Assembly (NCBI GenBank): GCA_964619555.1
Contig: CAZUDV010000018.1
Span: 3,664 to 67,663 of the forward strand
Length of the DNA: 64,000 nucleotides
Direction of reading: 5' to 3'
DNA from: an uncultured Bacteroidales bacterium
GTDB lineage: Bacteria; Bacteroidota; Bacteroidia; Bacteroidales; JAGOPY01
Shown piece after piece: positions 1 through 10,306 of this stretch. Under the pieces are notes generated by a model. The model had not been told where the DNA came from. It saw nothing but the letters and a program-made list of their open reading frames with translations, and did not search any database. A program made the position numbers and the translations under genes. Every line of letters begins with the position of its first letter. The stretch's first letter is position 1.

Positions 1-135
1 GTAGCTGATCAGGTTCTGAAGCGCCAGTTTGCTTGGGCCTGAGTGTATCCTGTGCCTGGCAAGGACCTGCTTTTCCACGGTTCGGGCCTCCTCAAGATAA
101 TGCTGTAAATCAACAAGGGTAAAGGTTTTTTCCAT
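1..135 (-). CDS. hypothetical protein, N-terminal part only (runs off the window start); positioned as the anti-sigma partner of the adjacent ECF sigma factor
   Basis: ATG at 135-133 (minus) opens a frame that stays open to base 1 (MEKTFTLVDLQHYLEEARTVEKQVLARHRIHSGPSKLALQNLISY...). It lies 91 nt downstream of the sigma gene on the same strand. Function is inferred from position only. Confidence 0.3.
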   Translation of the reverse strand, partial: MEKTFTLVDLQHYLEEARTVEKQVLARHRIHSGPSKLALQNLISY

Positions 136-226
136 AAAGAAAGTTTACATGATTCAATAATATTATACTGAATAGTAAACGGAAAAGACCCGCAAGATAT
201 TTTATCCCGTGGAAAAAAATCTTTGG

Positions 227-814
227 TCAGGCTGACAGGATGATGTTTTTCTCCCGGACAATCTTTCTCAAATTGATAAGGGCGTACCGCATGCGTCCAA
301 GAGCTGTATTAATACTGACATTGGTGGCATCGGCAATCTCTTTGAAACTTAAATTCTCATAATGCCGCATGACCAGTACTTCTCTTTGTTCTTCCGGTAA
401 CAATTCGATCAACGACCGGACATCCTGATGGATCTGGTTGGTAATGATCCTTTCCTCGATGGATGGGTCCGAGATCCTGACAACTTCAAAAATATCAAAA
501 TCATCGTGGGAATTGTTAACCACCGGAATTCTTTTAGCCCGCCTGAAATGGTCGATGATCAGATTATGGGCAATTCTCATGACCCATTGGATGAACTTGC
601 CTTCCTCCTTATAGGTGCCGGATCGGAAGGTGTTGATCACTTTGATAAAGGTGTCCTGGAAAATATCATCCGCAATCTGATCGTCCTTCACGACCATCAT
701 GATATACGAAAAGACTTTGCGTTTGTGGCGGTAGATAAGCTTTTCCAGACACTTCTCATTACCGTCTAAATATTTAGCGATTAAATCCTGATCACTAATC
801 GCGGCTGCTTTCAT
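227..814 (-). CDS. ECF-type RNA polymerase sigma-70 family factor
   Basis: 195-aa ORF with a region-2-like segment (DDIFQDTFIKV...WVMRIAHNLIIDHFRR) and a region-4 HTH (LSFKEIADATNVSINTALGRMRYAL). Confidence 0.9.
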   Translation of the reverse strand: MKAAAISDQDLIAKYLDGNEKCLEKLIYRHKRKVFSYIMMVVKDDQIADDIFQDTFIKVINTFRSGTYKEEGKFIQWVMRIAHNLIIDHFRRAKRIPVVNNSHDDFDIFEVVRISDPSIEERIITNQIHQDVRSLIELLPEEQREVLVMRHYENLSFKEIADATNVSINTALGRMRYALINLRKIVREKNIILSA

Positions 815-918
815 AAGCCCCCCTTTTTAGGTTATGTATATTTAAAAAAGGGTAAATATTCTGTCGATAATGGTTCTCCTATGCTTAAGATGAGTTTTAA
901 ATTCCGTTCAAAGAAGTG

Positions 919-926
919 CAAATATA
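919..926 (-). promoter_or_regulatory. candidate Bacteroidota -7 box (TATATTTG on minus strand) for the sigma gene
   Basis: Plus-strand caaatata is the reverse complement of the TAnnTTTG consensus. It lies about 105 nt upstream of the ATG at 814. Confidence 0.3.
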
Positions 927-959
927 AGAACAAAAAAATAAAATGCAAGTGATAATTCA

Positions 960-967
960 TAATTTTG
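960..967 (+). promoter_or_regulatory. candidate Bacteroidota -7 box (TAATTTTG) for uvrA
   Basis: Exact TAnnTTTG match 16 nt upstream of the ATG at 983. Confidence 0.4.
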
Positions 968-982
968 CACGATTTAGCTGCA

Positions 983-3844
983 ATGAAAATTAGGAATCCC
1001 ATGTCTGGCAAAGATTTCAGCCAATATGACAGCAAGCGTTACATCCTCGTAAAGGGGGCTTCGGTCAACAACCTGAAGAACATCGACGTGGCTATTCCCC
1101 GGAACAGATTGGTCGTGATCACCGGATTGTCGGGCTCGGGAAAATCCTCACTGGCATTCGACACTTTATATGCCGACGGACAAAGACGGTACGTGGAAAG
1201 TCTCAGCGCCTACGCCCGGCAGTTTCTGGGACGGATGAGCAAACCCAAGGTGGAATACATCAAAGGCATTTCTCCCGCCATAGCCATCGAGCAGAAAGTG
1301 AACACCCGCAATCCCAGGTCCACCGTTGCCACCTCCACGGAAATATACGATTACATCAAGCTGCTCTATGCCCGGATAGGCATCACCTACTCACCCGTTT
1401 CCGGCGATATTGTAAAAAGGCACTCCGTGACCGATGTTACGGATTATATTTTCAAACTGGATACAGGAGCCAGGGTCACCTTGTTGTGCCCCCTGGTCAG
1501 AAAATCCGGGAGAGATGTTAAAACGGAGCTCTCCTTGCTGCTGCAGCAGGGATTCAGCAGGATCAGCACACCAGACGGCCAGCTCAGGATCGATGAGATA
1601 CTGGACTCCGGAAATATTCCGAAAGACAGCGCTATCCGGCTACTCATCGACCGTTTCGTGGTCAGTCACGACGATCCCGAACTGCGCAACCGGGTGGCAG
1701 ATTCAGTCCAGACTGCTTTTTACGAAGGGGATGGCCATTGCACGGTGGAAGTCGACACAGATGGTAAAATCACCGCCAGGAAGTTCTCAAATCGTTTTGA
1801 GGCCGACGGCATTACCTTCGAGGAACCTTCCGTTAATCTTTTCAGCTTTAATAATCCTTACGGCGCCTGTAAACGCTGCGAAGGATTCGGCAGCGTTATT
1901 GGCATCGATGAAGACCTGGTGGTGCCGGACAAAGAATTGTCCGTTTTCGATGAAGCTATCGCCTGCTGGAAAGGCGATAAAATGAGTGAATGGAAGGACC
2001 GGCTCGTCATAAACGCTTACAAATTCGACTTCCCTATACATAAGCCCTATTATGCATTAAGTGATGCGGAAAGAGAATTGCTCTGGGCCGGCAACCAGTA
2101 TTTTAACGGGCTGAATGATTTTTTCCGTTTCGTGGAGGAACAGGGCTACAAAATCCAGTACCGGGTGATGCTCTCGAGGTATCGAGGCAAAACCGTATGT
2201 CCGGAATGCCGTGGGACAAGGCTGAGGAAAGATGCCAACTACGTGAAAGTCGCAGGAAAATCCATCAGCGAAGTGCTTCTGGATCCGGTTTCGGATGCCC
2301 TCCGTTTTTTCAAAAACCTGAAGATCTCCGAACATCAGCAGAAAGTGGCCAGCCGCCTGCTGACAGAGATTGTCACCCGCTTGCAGTTCCTGGAGGATGT
2401 CGGGCTGGGCTACCTATCCCTGAACAGGCAATCAGCCACGCTTTCCGGTGGTGAATCCCAGCGCATAAACCTGGCAACATCCCTTGGCAGCAGCCTGGTC
2501 GGTTCCATGTACATTCTCGATGAGCCCAGCATTGGCCTGCATCCCCGGGATACGGACCGATTGATAAAAGTGCTGTTCAGCCTGAGGAACCTCGGCAATT
2601 CAGTTATAGTCGTGGAACATGATGAGGAGATCATTCTGTCAGCCGATTACATCATTGACATTGGACCTCTTGCAGGCAACCAAGGTGGCGAAGTGGTATT
2701 CGCAGGCAGTCATGAAGACCTGGGAAAGGACTCTAAAAGCCTGACAGCTCTCTACATCAGGGGTGACATGGCCATACCGTTGCCCAGAAGGCGCAGGAAC
2801 TGGAGAGATTATATCGAGGTTTGCGGGGCCAGGGAGAATAATCTGAAAGGCTTCGATGTTAAATTCCCCTTGAACATCCTGACAGTCGTGACCGGAGTAA
2901 GCGGTTCGGGGAAATCGTCGCTGGTAAGGGATATCCTCTACCCCGCCCTGCGCAGGATTTATGGCGGATACAATGAGAAGACCGGCCGGTACGGCAGGAT
3001 TTCCGGGGATTACCATCGTATTTCAATGGTCGAAATGGTGGACCAGAATCCGATCGGAAGGTCTTCCAGGTCAAATCCTGCCACTTACCTGAAGGCATAT
3101 GACGAGATCCGGAATTTGTTCGCAGACCTGCAAACATCCAAGATCAGAGGATATAAGCCAGGCTACTTCTCCTTCAATATTCCCGGGGGAAGGTGCGAAG
3201 AATGTGAAGGCGAAGGGGTGGTAAGGATAGAGATGCAGTTTATGGCCGACCTGACCCTGACCTGCGAAGCCTGCGGTGGGTCGCGTTTCAAAGATGAGGT
3301 CCTGGATGTCAGATTCCAGGGTAAAAGCATAGTGGATGTGCTGGACATGACCATCGACGAAGCAATTGACTTTTTCGGAACCGCCAAATCACACCTTAAC
3401 ACCTGCAGGCGAATTACGGAAAGGCTCAAACCTTTACAGGATGTAGGTTTAGGCTATTTAAAACTGGGACAGTCATCCAGCACCCTCAGCGGAGGTGAGG
3501 CGCAACGCATTAAACTGGCTTATTTTCTTACCAGGGGCGCCAGCCAGGAACCCACCCTTTTTATCTTCGATGAACCCACCACCGGCCTGCATTTCCACGA
3601 TATCCGCAAACTGATGGATGCATTTGAAGCGCTGATCGAAAAAGGGCATTCCATCATCGTCATAGAACATAATATGGAAGTGGTCAAATGCGCAGACTGG
3701 ATCATTGACCTCGGGCCGGAAGGTGGCGATGCCGGGGGAAGGATCGTCTTTGAAGGCAAGCCGGAGGAACTGGCCACCGTGAAAGAATCCCATACAGGGA
3801 AGTTTCTACAGGAAAAACTGGCCAGGACTAATTTTGAATTTTGA
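983..3844 (+). CDS. uvrA: excinuclease ABC subunit A (UvrA)
   Basis: Two ABC ATPase modules ([36 protein letters not shown]; [11 protein letters not shown]; two LSGGE signatures) and zinc-finger Cys clusters ([24 protein letters not shown]). The track ORF starts at TTG 965. I prefer the first ATG at 983; 1001 is also possible. Confidence 0.97.
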   Translation: MKIRNPMSGKDFSQYDSKRYILVKGASVNNLKNIDVAIPRNRLVVITGLSGSGKSSLAFDTLYADGQRRYVESLSAYARQFLGRMSKPKVEYIKGISPAIAIEQKVNTRNPRSTVATSTEIYDYIKLLYARIGITYSPVSGDIVKRHSVTDVTDYIFKLDTGARVTLLCPLVRKSGRDVKTELSLLLQQGFSRISTPDGQLRIDEILDSGNIPKDSAIRLLIDRFVVSHDDPELRNRVADSVQTAFYEGDGHCTVEVDTDGKITARKFSNRFEADGITFEEPSVNLFSFNNPYGACKRCEGFGSVIGIDEDLVVPDKELSVFDEAIACWKGDKMSEWKDRLVINAYKFDFPIHKPYYALSDAERELLWAGNQYFNGLNDFFRFVEEQGYKIQYRVMLSRYRGKTVCPECRGTRLRKDANYVKVAGKSISEVLLDPVSDALRFFKNLKISEHQQKVASRLLTEIVTRLQFLEDVGLGYLSLNRQSATLSGGESQRINLATSLGSSLVGSMYILDEPSIGLHPRDTDRLIKVLFSLRNLGNSVIVVEHDEEIILSADYIIDIGPLAGNQGGEVVFAGSHEDLGKDSKSLTALYIRGDMAIPLPRRRRNWRDYIEVCGARENNLKGFDVKFPLNILTVVTGVSGSGKSSLVRDILYPALRRIYGGYNEKTGRYGRISGDYHRISMVEMVDQNPIGRSSRSNPATYLKAYDEIRNLFADLQTSKIRGYKPGYFSFNIPGGRCEECEGEGVVRIEMQFMADLTLTCEACGGSRFKDEVLDVRFQGKSIVDVLDMTIDEAIDFFGTAKSHLNTCRRITERLKPLQDVGLGYLKLGQSSSTLSGGEAQRIKLAYFLTRGASQEPTLFIFDEPTTGLHFHDIRKLMDAFEALIEKGHSIIVIEHNMEVVKCADWIIDLGPEGGDAGGRIVFEGKPEELATVKESHTGKFLQEKLARTNFEF

Positions 3845-3882
3845 GTTTTAAATTTTGAATGGACTTGAGATTTGAGCATTGA
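3831..3882. repeat. degenerate 7-bp periodic tract (NNTTTGA-like units) spanning the uvrA stop codon
   Basis: attttga|attttga|gttttaa|attttga|atggacttga|gatttga|gcattga, read directly from the sequence. Confidence 0.5.
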
Positions 3883-3931
3883 CATCTTTAAAAATGTCAT
3901 TACATTTACCTATTAACAAAACTTATACTGG

Positions 3932-5449
3932 GTGTATCCTGATCCTTTAAGGACAAAAATTTTTCTTTACATTCTGTTGCTGCTGGCTGGAATTTTACCT
4001 AATTCCCTTTATTGCCAGACTTCATATGATGTAATCTATGCCACAGATAATGATGAAGAGATGTTTGATGCCATTTTACATTCTTCCGGAAATATTTATT
4101 TATCCGGAAGAACACGAATCCCGGGCACAAATAACATGTTTCCATTATTGATGAAGATTGATGAAACAGGAGGATTGGAGGTATTAGAATGGTCCCATCT
4201 TGATACGATTGGTCATTTCCCTCAATTGCTGGAAATGGACAATGGTAATATCATGTTGATTGGACAATATGGTTTAATATCAGGAAATGAAACCGATCAG
4301 AGATGGATCAGGATAATAGATCCCGGTCTTAATTTCGTTTCAGATCATTTCTTCTCCCAGGACACATCCTATATTTCAGTTTATCAGAACAATGCAGTAA
4401 TTGATTCGTATGGTGAAGTTGCTGTTCTTGGTACAGTGGAAATGAATAGTATTAATCCGGGGTATACGACCCTGGATTTTTATATGGCTAAGTACTCACA
4501 GGATGGACATTCAAGGGGTTTCCAGGTTTACCCTTTCGAAAATCATAGTGAACAAGTATTTGATCTGACTTGTATACCAGGAACGGATGAATATCTGGCA
4601 ATAACGAGTGCCTTTTTCATCGGAATGCCATACCCTCAGCTTGTCAGAATCAGCCATAGCCTGGAAATATTAAGTCACATCTGGTATACAGGCTCTGTAG
4701 ATCTTCATAGTCCCTGTGTTCCTAGCCGTTGGATAAACAATTCAACTTTTTTAATTACCGCTGTAGAACCAGAATGGTTAGGAAATGATGACCAGTTTGC
4801 GGTCCATAAATCGGATATGAACGCCCAGATTTCTAAATCTTTAATCATGGGTAAACCGGATACCTGCGATTATTCGGGATGGTTTAACAATACTGTTTAT
4901 GTGAATGATTCCACGATTTATGTTGGGGGCTTTATGAATTATATCACCTTCTGGACCTTACAACCTGCCCTCGTTGAGCTCTATCTGATCGATACAAATC
5001 TTAATATACTGGGATACAGGCAATTCGGTGGTGATATGAATTATATGCTAAATGGCATTACTTCGACCTCAGATGGTGGTTGCTTATTATATGCATCAGC
5101 TTATTCTGACACAAATGAATATCAGCGGGATGTCCATATTTTTAAAGTACCTCGCGATAGTATTCAGATCATCACGTCGTTTCATGAATTACCGAATGAT
5201 TGTCTGCAATTATCAACGGTTTACCCTGATCCAGTACGTGATGTCTTGAATATTCCATTGGATGACTATATTGATTATATCAACATTCAGGTTTATGGAA
5301 TAAATGGAAAAAAGGTGCTGGATGTTGAAATGGAAGGTACAGGAAATCTGATCACCCTTAATATCCAGAATCTGATTTCCGGAGTCTATGTATTTAATGT
5401 CTCATCCGCCGGAAGTTGCATTTCTTCCGGTAAATTTATCAAACGTTAG
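3932..5449 (+). CDS. secreted protein with a T9SS (Por) C-terminal sorting domain
   Basis: N-terminal signal peptide (KIFLYILLLLAGILPNSLYCQ). The C-terminal ~80 aa match the T9SS CTD pattern (VYPDPVRDVLNIPL...IQVYGINGKKVL...NLISGVYVFNVSS...GKFIKR). GTG start. Confidence 0.75.
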   Translation: MYPDPLRTKIFLYILLLLAGILPNSLYCQTSYDVIYATDNDEEMFDAILHSSGNIYLSGRTRIPGTNNMFPLLMKIDETGGLEVLEWSHLDTIGHFPQLLEMDNGNIMLIGQYGLISGNETDQRWIRIIDPGLNFVSDHFFSQDTSYISVYQNNAVIDSYGEVAVLGTVEMNSINPGYTTLDFYMAKYSQDGHSRGFQVYPFENHSEQVFDLTCIPGTDEYLAITSAFFIGMPYPQLVRISHSLEILSHIWYTGSVDLHSPCVPSRWINNSTFLITAVEPEWLGNDDQFAVHKSDMNAQISKSLIMGKPDTCDYSGWFNNTVYVNDSTIYVGGFMNYITFWTLQPALVELYLIDTNLNILGYRQFGGDMNYMLNGITSTSDGGCLLYASAYSDTNEYQRDVHIFKVPRDSIQIITSFHELPNDCLQLSTVYPDPVRDVLNIPLDDYIDYINIQVYGINGKKVLDVEMEGTGNLITLNIQNLISGVYVFNVSSAGSCISSGKFIKR

Positions 5450-5475
5450 CTGAGATAAAGAAATTTCAACGTCAT

Positions 5476-6213
5476 TCAGGAGCGCTGTTTCACCACTTCA
5501 AACAGCAGCACTCCTGCCGCGACTGACACATTCAGGGATGAAATCTCCCCCAGCATCGGTATTTTGACCAGGCTGTCACATAGTTTTTGGAGTGGCGGGT
5601 AAATGCCTTTTTCTTCGGAACCCATAATAATGGCGAGTGGCCGGGTAAAATCTTCATGGTAATAAAAAGCCGGGGCATGCTCCGTGGCGCCGATGATGGT
5701 AAAGCCGCTCTGTTTGAGGAATTCCGCTGTAACCATGAGAGACCTTTCCCGGCACACGGGAATGGTCATCAGGGCACCGGCAGAGGTCCGGATAGCCTCC
5801 TCATTGATCTGGGCAATGCCCTGGGCCGGTATGACGATGCCGTCTACCCCTGCGCACGCTGCCGTCCGGCAGATGGCCCCAAAGTTCCGCACATCAGTAA
5901 TACTGTCCAGCATCAGGAGGAATGGCACTTTCCCTTCCTCGAACAACATCGGGACCAGTTGATCCAATGAGTGATAACTGATCCCTGAAATAAAGGCAAT
6001 GACCCCCTGGTGGTTCTTCCTGGTCACCCGGTCCAGTTTCTCCGGCGGAACAAACTGAAATGGGATCCCGCGTTCTTTAAGTAATTGCAAAAGTTCTGCT
6101 GAAAAGGACCCCTGCAATCCTTTCCGGAACAATACCCGGTCAATCTCCTTCCCGCTGCGAAGGGCCTCAGCGACAGGGTGAAGACCGTAGATCATATTCT
6201 CTTTCTTAATCAT
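5476..6213 (-). CDS. rlmB: TrmH/SpoU-family 23S rRNA 2'-O-methyltransferase (RlmB-like)
   Basis: IYGLHPVAEALRSGKEIDRVLF at the N-terminus and SpoU motifs (NFGAICRTAACAGVDGIVIP, IMGSEEKGI, SLNVSVAAGVLLFE). Start trimmed to Met-18 of the track ORF (MIKKEN...). Confidence 0.85.
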   Translation of the reverse strand: MIKKENMIYGLHPVAEALRSGKEIDRVLFRKGLQGSFSAELLQLLKERGIPFQFVPPEKLDRVTRKNHQGVIAFISGISYHSLDQLVPMLFEEGKVPFLLMLDSITDVRNFGAICRTAACAGVDGIVIPAQGIAQINEEAIRTSAGALMTIPVCRERSLMVTAEFLKQSGFTIIGATEHAPAFYYHEDFTRPLAIIMGSEEKGIYPPLQKLCDSLVKIPMLGEISSLNVSVAAGVLLFEVVKQRS

Positions 6214-6230
6214 TATCAGTATGTTAAAAC

Positions 6231-7490
6231 TTATCGCCGCCAACTCTGGACCGTAATATACCACGGATCCTTATAAGTCGGGGAGCGGAGCAACATAAAA
6301 TCATTTTCAGTGAACGGATTTTTAACTTTGACAAATGTAAAGGTCAGGGAGCTTCTGTTCTGAGGTTCTCCGTAGATCCATTCCTCAGATTTGTCGGTTC
6401 GGTAAACATAATTGGGTTTTCCCAGCACTGTATAGATCAGGCCCCTGTCAGTCTTCCATCCCGCCTGGTATGAAGCAAAGTACTGATTAGCCTCTTCCAC
6501 ATTGCCATAATACTTTTGTATAAGCATTTTTGCCCTTTCAGGCGAACCTGCTGTCTTAAGCCAGAAATCATCAACAGCCGCCTTGGGTTGGTCATTTGCC
6601 AGCAGGGAGTCGTACTCTCTTTTAGTGGAAATGTACCGTAACGGTTCGCGAAGCTGCTCTGCAGTATAGAGTTCCGGATATCCTTCCCCGAATACAAACA
6701 GCGTCAGTCCTTCTCTTTGCGTAGTATCTTTCCGGAAATGATAAAAACCCTCCCGGTCAAATGTTATCCAGTCGGTCTGTTCAGCAAGAACCGTGAGGCC
6801 GAAGAGGGAATCGGGCCGGTAATTGAAAACCGGTTCACGGTCTTCCAGAAAAGGCGGCCGGGCAATGGGGAACTCCCTGAAGTAGCAGCTCACAAATAAA
6901 TGCTCCCAATCCAGGTCACCGGACATCACACGGAATGGCTCACCGGGAGTGATGATATTTTTGAAGAGCAGGCTGGCATTCCGGTCGAATACCAGGAAAT
7001 TCTGCCGGCCGTTGCGGTCTGATTTGGAGATGTTCACAAATGATTTTATTCCTTTATTCCTATGAAAATCAAATAACTCCACCTCGACCACGTAATTTTC
7101 GGGAAACCGGGCAGGAATGATAAAGGAGTGTATGGTCCCGGTATTCCGGCCATAATTGATCGAGTCCCCGGCAACCTCCGACCCGCCGGCCAGTACTTCT
7201 CCGGATTCATAACTTTTCATCATTTTCCAGGATACCCGGTAGGAACATTGGTACAATCCTGAAAAGGGGTCCTTTTCATAAACAAGCTCACTATAATTGA
7301 TACGCACGAACAAATCGGACGTAGTGTCATTGGCATGATAAACCGCACATTTCATCCGGGCAAACTGCTGATCCGGCTGGTAAAGATAGGCCAGGTTGGT
7401 CAGGCTGGTCTGGTTTACCGTGGAACATCCTGCCAGGAATCCGAACAGGAAAAATAGTACCCGGATATGATATTTATTCTGATCCTTCAT
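6231..7490 (-). CDS. GWxTD domain-containing lipoprotein
   Basis: GWKTDRGLIYTVLGKPNYVY motif near the C-terminus and a lipobox (FLAGCS) after the Met at 7490. The track ORF extends to 7535. Confidence 0.8.
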   Translation of the reverse strand: MKDQNKYHIRVLFFLFGFLAGCSTVNQTSLTNLAYLYQPDQQFARMKCAVYHANDTTSDLFVRINYSELVYEKDPFSGLYQCSYRVSWKMMKSYESGEVLAGGSEVAGDSINYGRNTGTIHSFIIPARFPENYVVEVELFDFHRNKGIKSFVNISKSDRNGRQNFLVFDRNASLLFKNIITPGEPFRVMSGDLDWEHLFVSCYFREFPIARPPFLEDREPVFNYRPDSLFGLTVLAEQTDWITFDREGFYHFRKDTTQREGLTLFVFGEGYPELYTAEQLREPLRYISTKREYDSLLANDQPKAAVDDFWLKTAGSPERAKMLIQKYYGNVEEANQYFASYQAGWKTDRGLIYTVLGKPNYVYRTDKSEEWIYGEPQNRSSLTFTFVKVKNPFTENDFMLLRSPTYKDPWYITVQSWRR

Positions 7491-8808
7491 TCTCTGCCAG
7501 GAATTTCCCCGATAGCGTCTTTTCGGTTTTAACACCCAGTTCTTTCAGCCGTTCCGCCTGTCTGACCAGGTTCCCCTTCCCGCTGGTCAGTTTCTTATGG
7601 GCATCCTGGTATGTGTTTTGCAAGGAATTGATCTGAGTGCCGATCTTTTCCAGATCATTGATGAAGTTCACGAACTTGTCGTACAGGCTATTTCCCTGCC
7701 TGGCAATTTCGAGTGCATTCTGGGTCTGTTTTTCATGCTTCCAGATGGATTCGACCGTCTTCAGAGTGGCCAGCAAGGTTGTCGGGCTGACAATCACAAT
7801 ACGCCTCTGCCAGGCATAATTGAACAACTCGGGTTCGTACTGAATGGCAGCACTGAAGGCTGATTCCAGGGGCATGAACATCAGCACGAAATCAGGGGTG
7901 TCCAGTGACAGGGCCGCAGAATAATTCTTTTCACTAAGGCTTTTTACATGATCCCTGACCGAATCGTTATGCATTTTGAGAAAGCGTTCTTTTTCTGCGT
8001 CATCCGGTGTATTCACGAACCGTTCATAGGCTACGAGCGACACTTTTGAATCGATGATGATGTGTTTCTTCTCAGGTAAAAGCACCACCACATCCGGCCG
8101 CAGGATCGTACCGTCTTCCGACTTATCGGTATATTGCGTGTAATATTCCTTGCCTTTTTCCAGGCCTGATTGTTCCAGGATCCGGTCCAGGATGAGTTCG
8201 CCCCAGTTTCCCATCTTCTTGGTGTCGGATTTCAGGGCACGTGTCAGATTGTTGGCCTCTTCGCTTATCTGGGTGTTCAGATCGTGAAGCTTCTTGAGTT
8301 CAACCTTCAGGTCTGACTGGTCCCGTAATCCTTTCTCATAAGTGTCCTCCACTTTTTTCTCGAACTTTTCAATCTTATCTTTCAACGGGGTAAGAATATC
8401 ACTGATGTTCTTCTGGTTAAGGGTTGTAAATTCCTTGGAATTCTCCTTAAGTATCTTATTAGCGATGTTTTCAAATTCAGAGCTGAATTTTTTCTGGAGA
8501 TCCTCAATCTCGGATTTCTGTTCCACCAGCTTATTCTGCAGATTAATAAAATCAGCTTCGAGGCGGGCATACTTCACGGAGATTTCCCCGGAGTTGGCCC
8601 TTTCCGCTTCCGTTTCCCTTGTCAATCGCTGATTCTCGGCCTGCAGTAATGACAACTTCTCACCACTGACTGCCAGGTCCTTTTCTATGTCCATCCGAAC
8701 CTGCTTCAGCGAGTTTACTTTTCCAGCCATCCACAACCTCATGATCACCAGACCAATCAGCAGTCCCGCAATGCCCGCTATTAATATATACACAATCTGC
8801 ATATCCAT
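7474..8808 (-). CDS. rmuC: DNA recombination protein RmuC
   Basis: N-terminal TM helix, a long coiled coil, then the RmuC nuclease-like core (LPEKKHIIIDSKVSLVAYERF...MFMPLESAF...IVSPTTLLATL). Confidence 0.9.
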   Translation of the reverse strand: MDMQIVYILIAGIAGLLIGLVIMRLWMAGKVNSLKQVRMDIEKDLAVSGEKLSLLQAENQRLTRETEAERANSGEISVKYARLEADFINLQNKLVEQKSEIEDLQKKFSSEFENIANKILKENSKEFTTLNQKNISDILTPLKDKIEKFEKKVEDTYEKGLRDQSDLKVELKKLHDLNTQISEEANNLTRALKSDTKKMGNWGELILDRILEQSGLEKGKEYYTQYTDKSEDGTILRPDVVVLLPEKKHIIIDSKVSLVAYERFVNTPDDAEKERFLKMHNDSVRDHVKSLSEKNYSAALSLDTPDFVLMFMPLESAFSAAIQYEPELFNYAWQRRIVIVSPTTLLATLKTVESIWKHEKQTQNALEIARQGNSLYDKFVNFINDLEKIGTQINSLQNTYQDAHKKLTSGKGNLVRQAERLKELGVKTEKTLSGKFLAENEGSE

Positions 8809-8891
8809 TTTAATTTTTTATAAAAGTAAATAATTAAGGCTGGAAGAGGCTTTTCTGAAGCCTGAAAAATTATTAAATTTACGGCAAATAC

Positions 8892-9716
8892 ATGGTCCCT
8901 ATGAAGAATCTGCCTGTGCTCCCGATACTTCCCCTTATCTGTTTTCTGGGCACGCTTTTCAACTTACCGGCCCAGGATGTCATCACCGCACGACCATACG
9001 GCGAAGCTAACCTGATACAGGACTTCCTTTGCTCCGAGGTGTTCTACCCGGAAACGGACCTGCAGGAAGGCACGGAAGGGACGGTTGTGATCAGCTTTAT
9101 TGTTACGGAGGCCGGTGATGTTACCGATGTCCGGATCAAGGAATCCGTAAGTCCAGAGATTGACCGGGAAGCACTGAGGCTGTTCAGCAGACTGCTGTGG
9201 GAGCCGGCGACCAGGATGGGGCAACCGGTAGCCACCATCAATGAATTCCCGATCCGGTTCAACATCAAGAAATATCAGAAACATTGCCGGCAAAGGGGAT
9301 ATGACAGAGATGTAAACCCCTTCGACCCTGTCGACTCAACATTAATGGTTTACGAAACCACCAAAGTGGACAAGCCTCCCTATGCCAATTTCGAAGATAA
9401 AACCATGTCGCTGCCAAAATTCATCAATGCCAATATACGTTATCCGGAAACTGCCTTCAGGCAAAGCATATCGGGTAATGTCAGGCTCAGGTTCGTGGTA
9501 GAGCCCAATGGACGGGTGTCTAATATCAAAGTCCTCGAACCTGTAAGCGGAGGATGTACCCAGGAAGCGATCCGGTTGCTGGAACTGGTTAAATGGATGC
9601 CTGGCATCAAAAACGGCATGGCTGTCAGAACCTTTATGAATCTGGATATTAGCTTCAGGCTCCCGGAAGATTCAGACATGAAGATGTTCGAGAACAGCCA
9701 GATGAACTCGAACTGA
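8892..9716 (+). CDS. TonB-family protein with two TonB C-terminal domains
   Basis: Signal peptide plus two copies of the YPE..A...G..G.V...F.V...G.V pattern (VFYPETDLQEGTEGTVVISFIV; IRYPETAFRQSISGNVRLRFVV). Confidence 0.75.
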   Translation: MVPMKNLPVLPILPLICFLGTLFNLPAQDVITARPYGEANLIQDFLCSEVFYPETDLQEGTEGTVVISFIVTEAGDVTDVRIKESVSPEIDREALRLFSRLLWEPATRMGQPVATINEFPIRFNIKKYQKHCRQRGYDRDVNPFDPVDSTLMVYETTKVDKPPYANFEDKTMSLPKFINANIRYPETAFRQSISGNVRLRFVVEPNGRVSNIKVLEPVSGGCTQEAIRLLELVKWMPGIKNGMAVRTFMNLDISFRLPEDSDMKMFENSQMNSN

Positions 9717-9719
9717 CAA

Positions 9720-10196
9720 TCAGCGCAGCCGGTCGACCGATCTCACCAATCGCTCATCTTTAACAATGAAACGGTTAGAAAGGATCAGAAAGATCAGGAC
9801 AATAAGCGGGAAATAGATCCCTGCCTCATCCAGGTAATTCGGAGTTACCGACAGCTTATTCTCAACGATTCGTGCGTAAACGAAGAAGATCAACCCTATC
9901 AGGACAATATCCGTAAATATCGCCAGTCTGACCAGTTTTAACTGCCTCATCCGGTTTTTATAGAGAAATATACTGACCAGTGTCAGGGCGGCAGTAAACA
10001 GGTTCAGAAGAAGAAGAGGCAAAACCGTCATGAATGAAAATCCGGAACCTTCTCCCGGCACCATGTTCCGGAAACCATATATATACAGCTTGTAAGTATG
10101 CAGGTCGGAATAAACCCCAGCAAACGGGAACAGGAACAATACAAGACTGGCCAGAAATGCCAGGACAAGGAATAAGGTTTGAATGCGCTGGATCAT
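9720..10196 (-). CDS. DUF4293-family membrane protein
   Basis: MIQRIQTLFLVLAFLASLVLFLFPFA opening and a multi-TM profile typical of this Bacteroidota family. Confidence 0.7.
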   Translation of the reverse strand: MIQRIQTLFLVLAFLASLVLFLFPFAGVYSDLHTYKLYIYGFRNMVPGEGSGFSFMTVLPLLLLNLFTAALTLVSIFLYKNRMRQLKLVRLAIFTDIVLIGLIFFVYARIVENKLSVTPNYLDEAGIYFPLIVLIFLILSNRFIVKDERLVRSVDRLR

Positions 10197-10267
10197 AAAT
10201 TTGAATTCATGGTTTGATACGCAAATATAAAAACAATACCTGCCGGATGGGATAAGGCAAAGGTTGT

Positions 10268-10275
10268 TATTTTTG
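10268..10275 (+). promoter_or_regulatory. candidate -7 box (TATTTTTG) for lgt
   Basis: Exact TAnnTTTG match 32 nt upstream of the ATG at 10307. Confidence 0.4.
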
Positions 10276-10306
10276 TATTCTTTAGATTATCCATTATAAC
10301 TCAACC

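Noticed and set aside
965-982. TTG start for uvrA given in the ORF track.
   Set aside because: A TAnnTTTG box occupies 960-967, so transcription probably starts downstream of 965. ATG 983 (or 1001) fits UvrA N-termini better.
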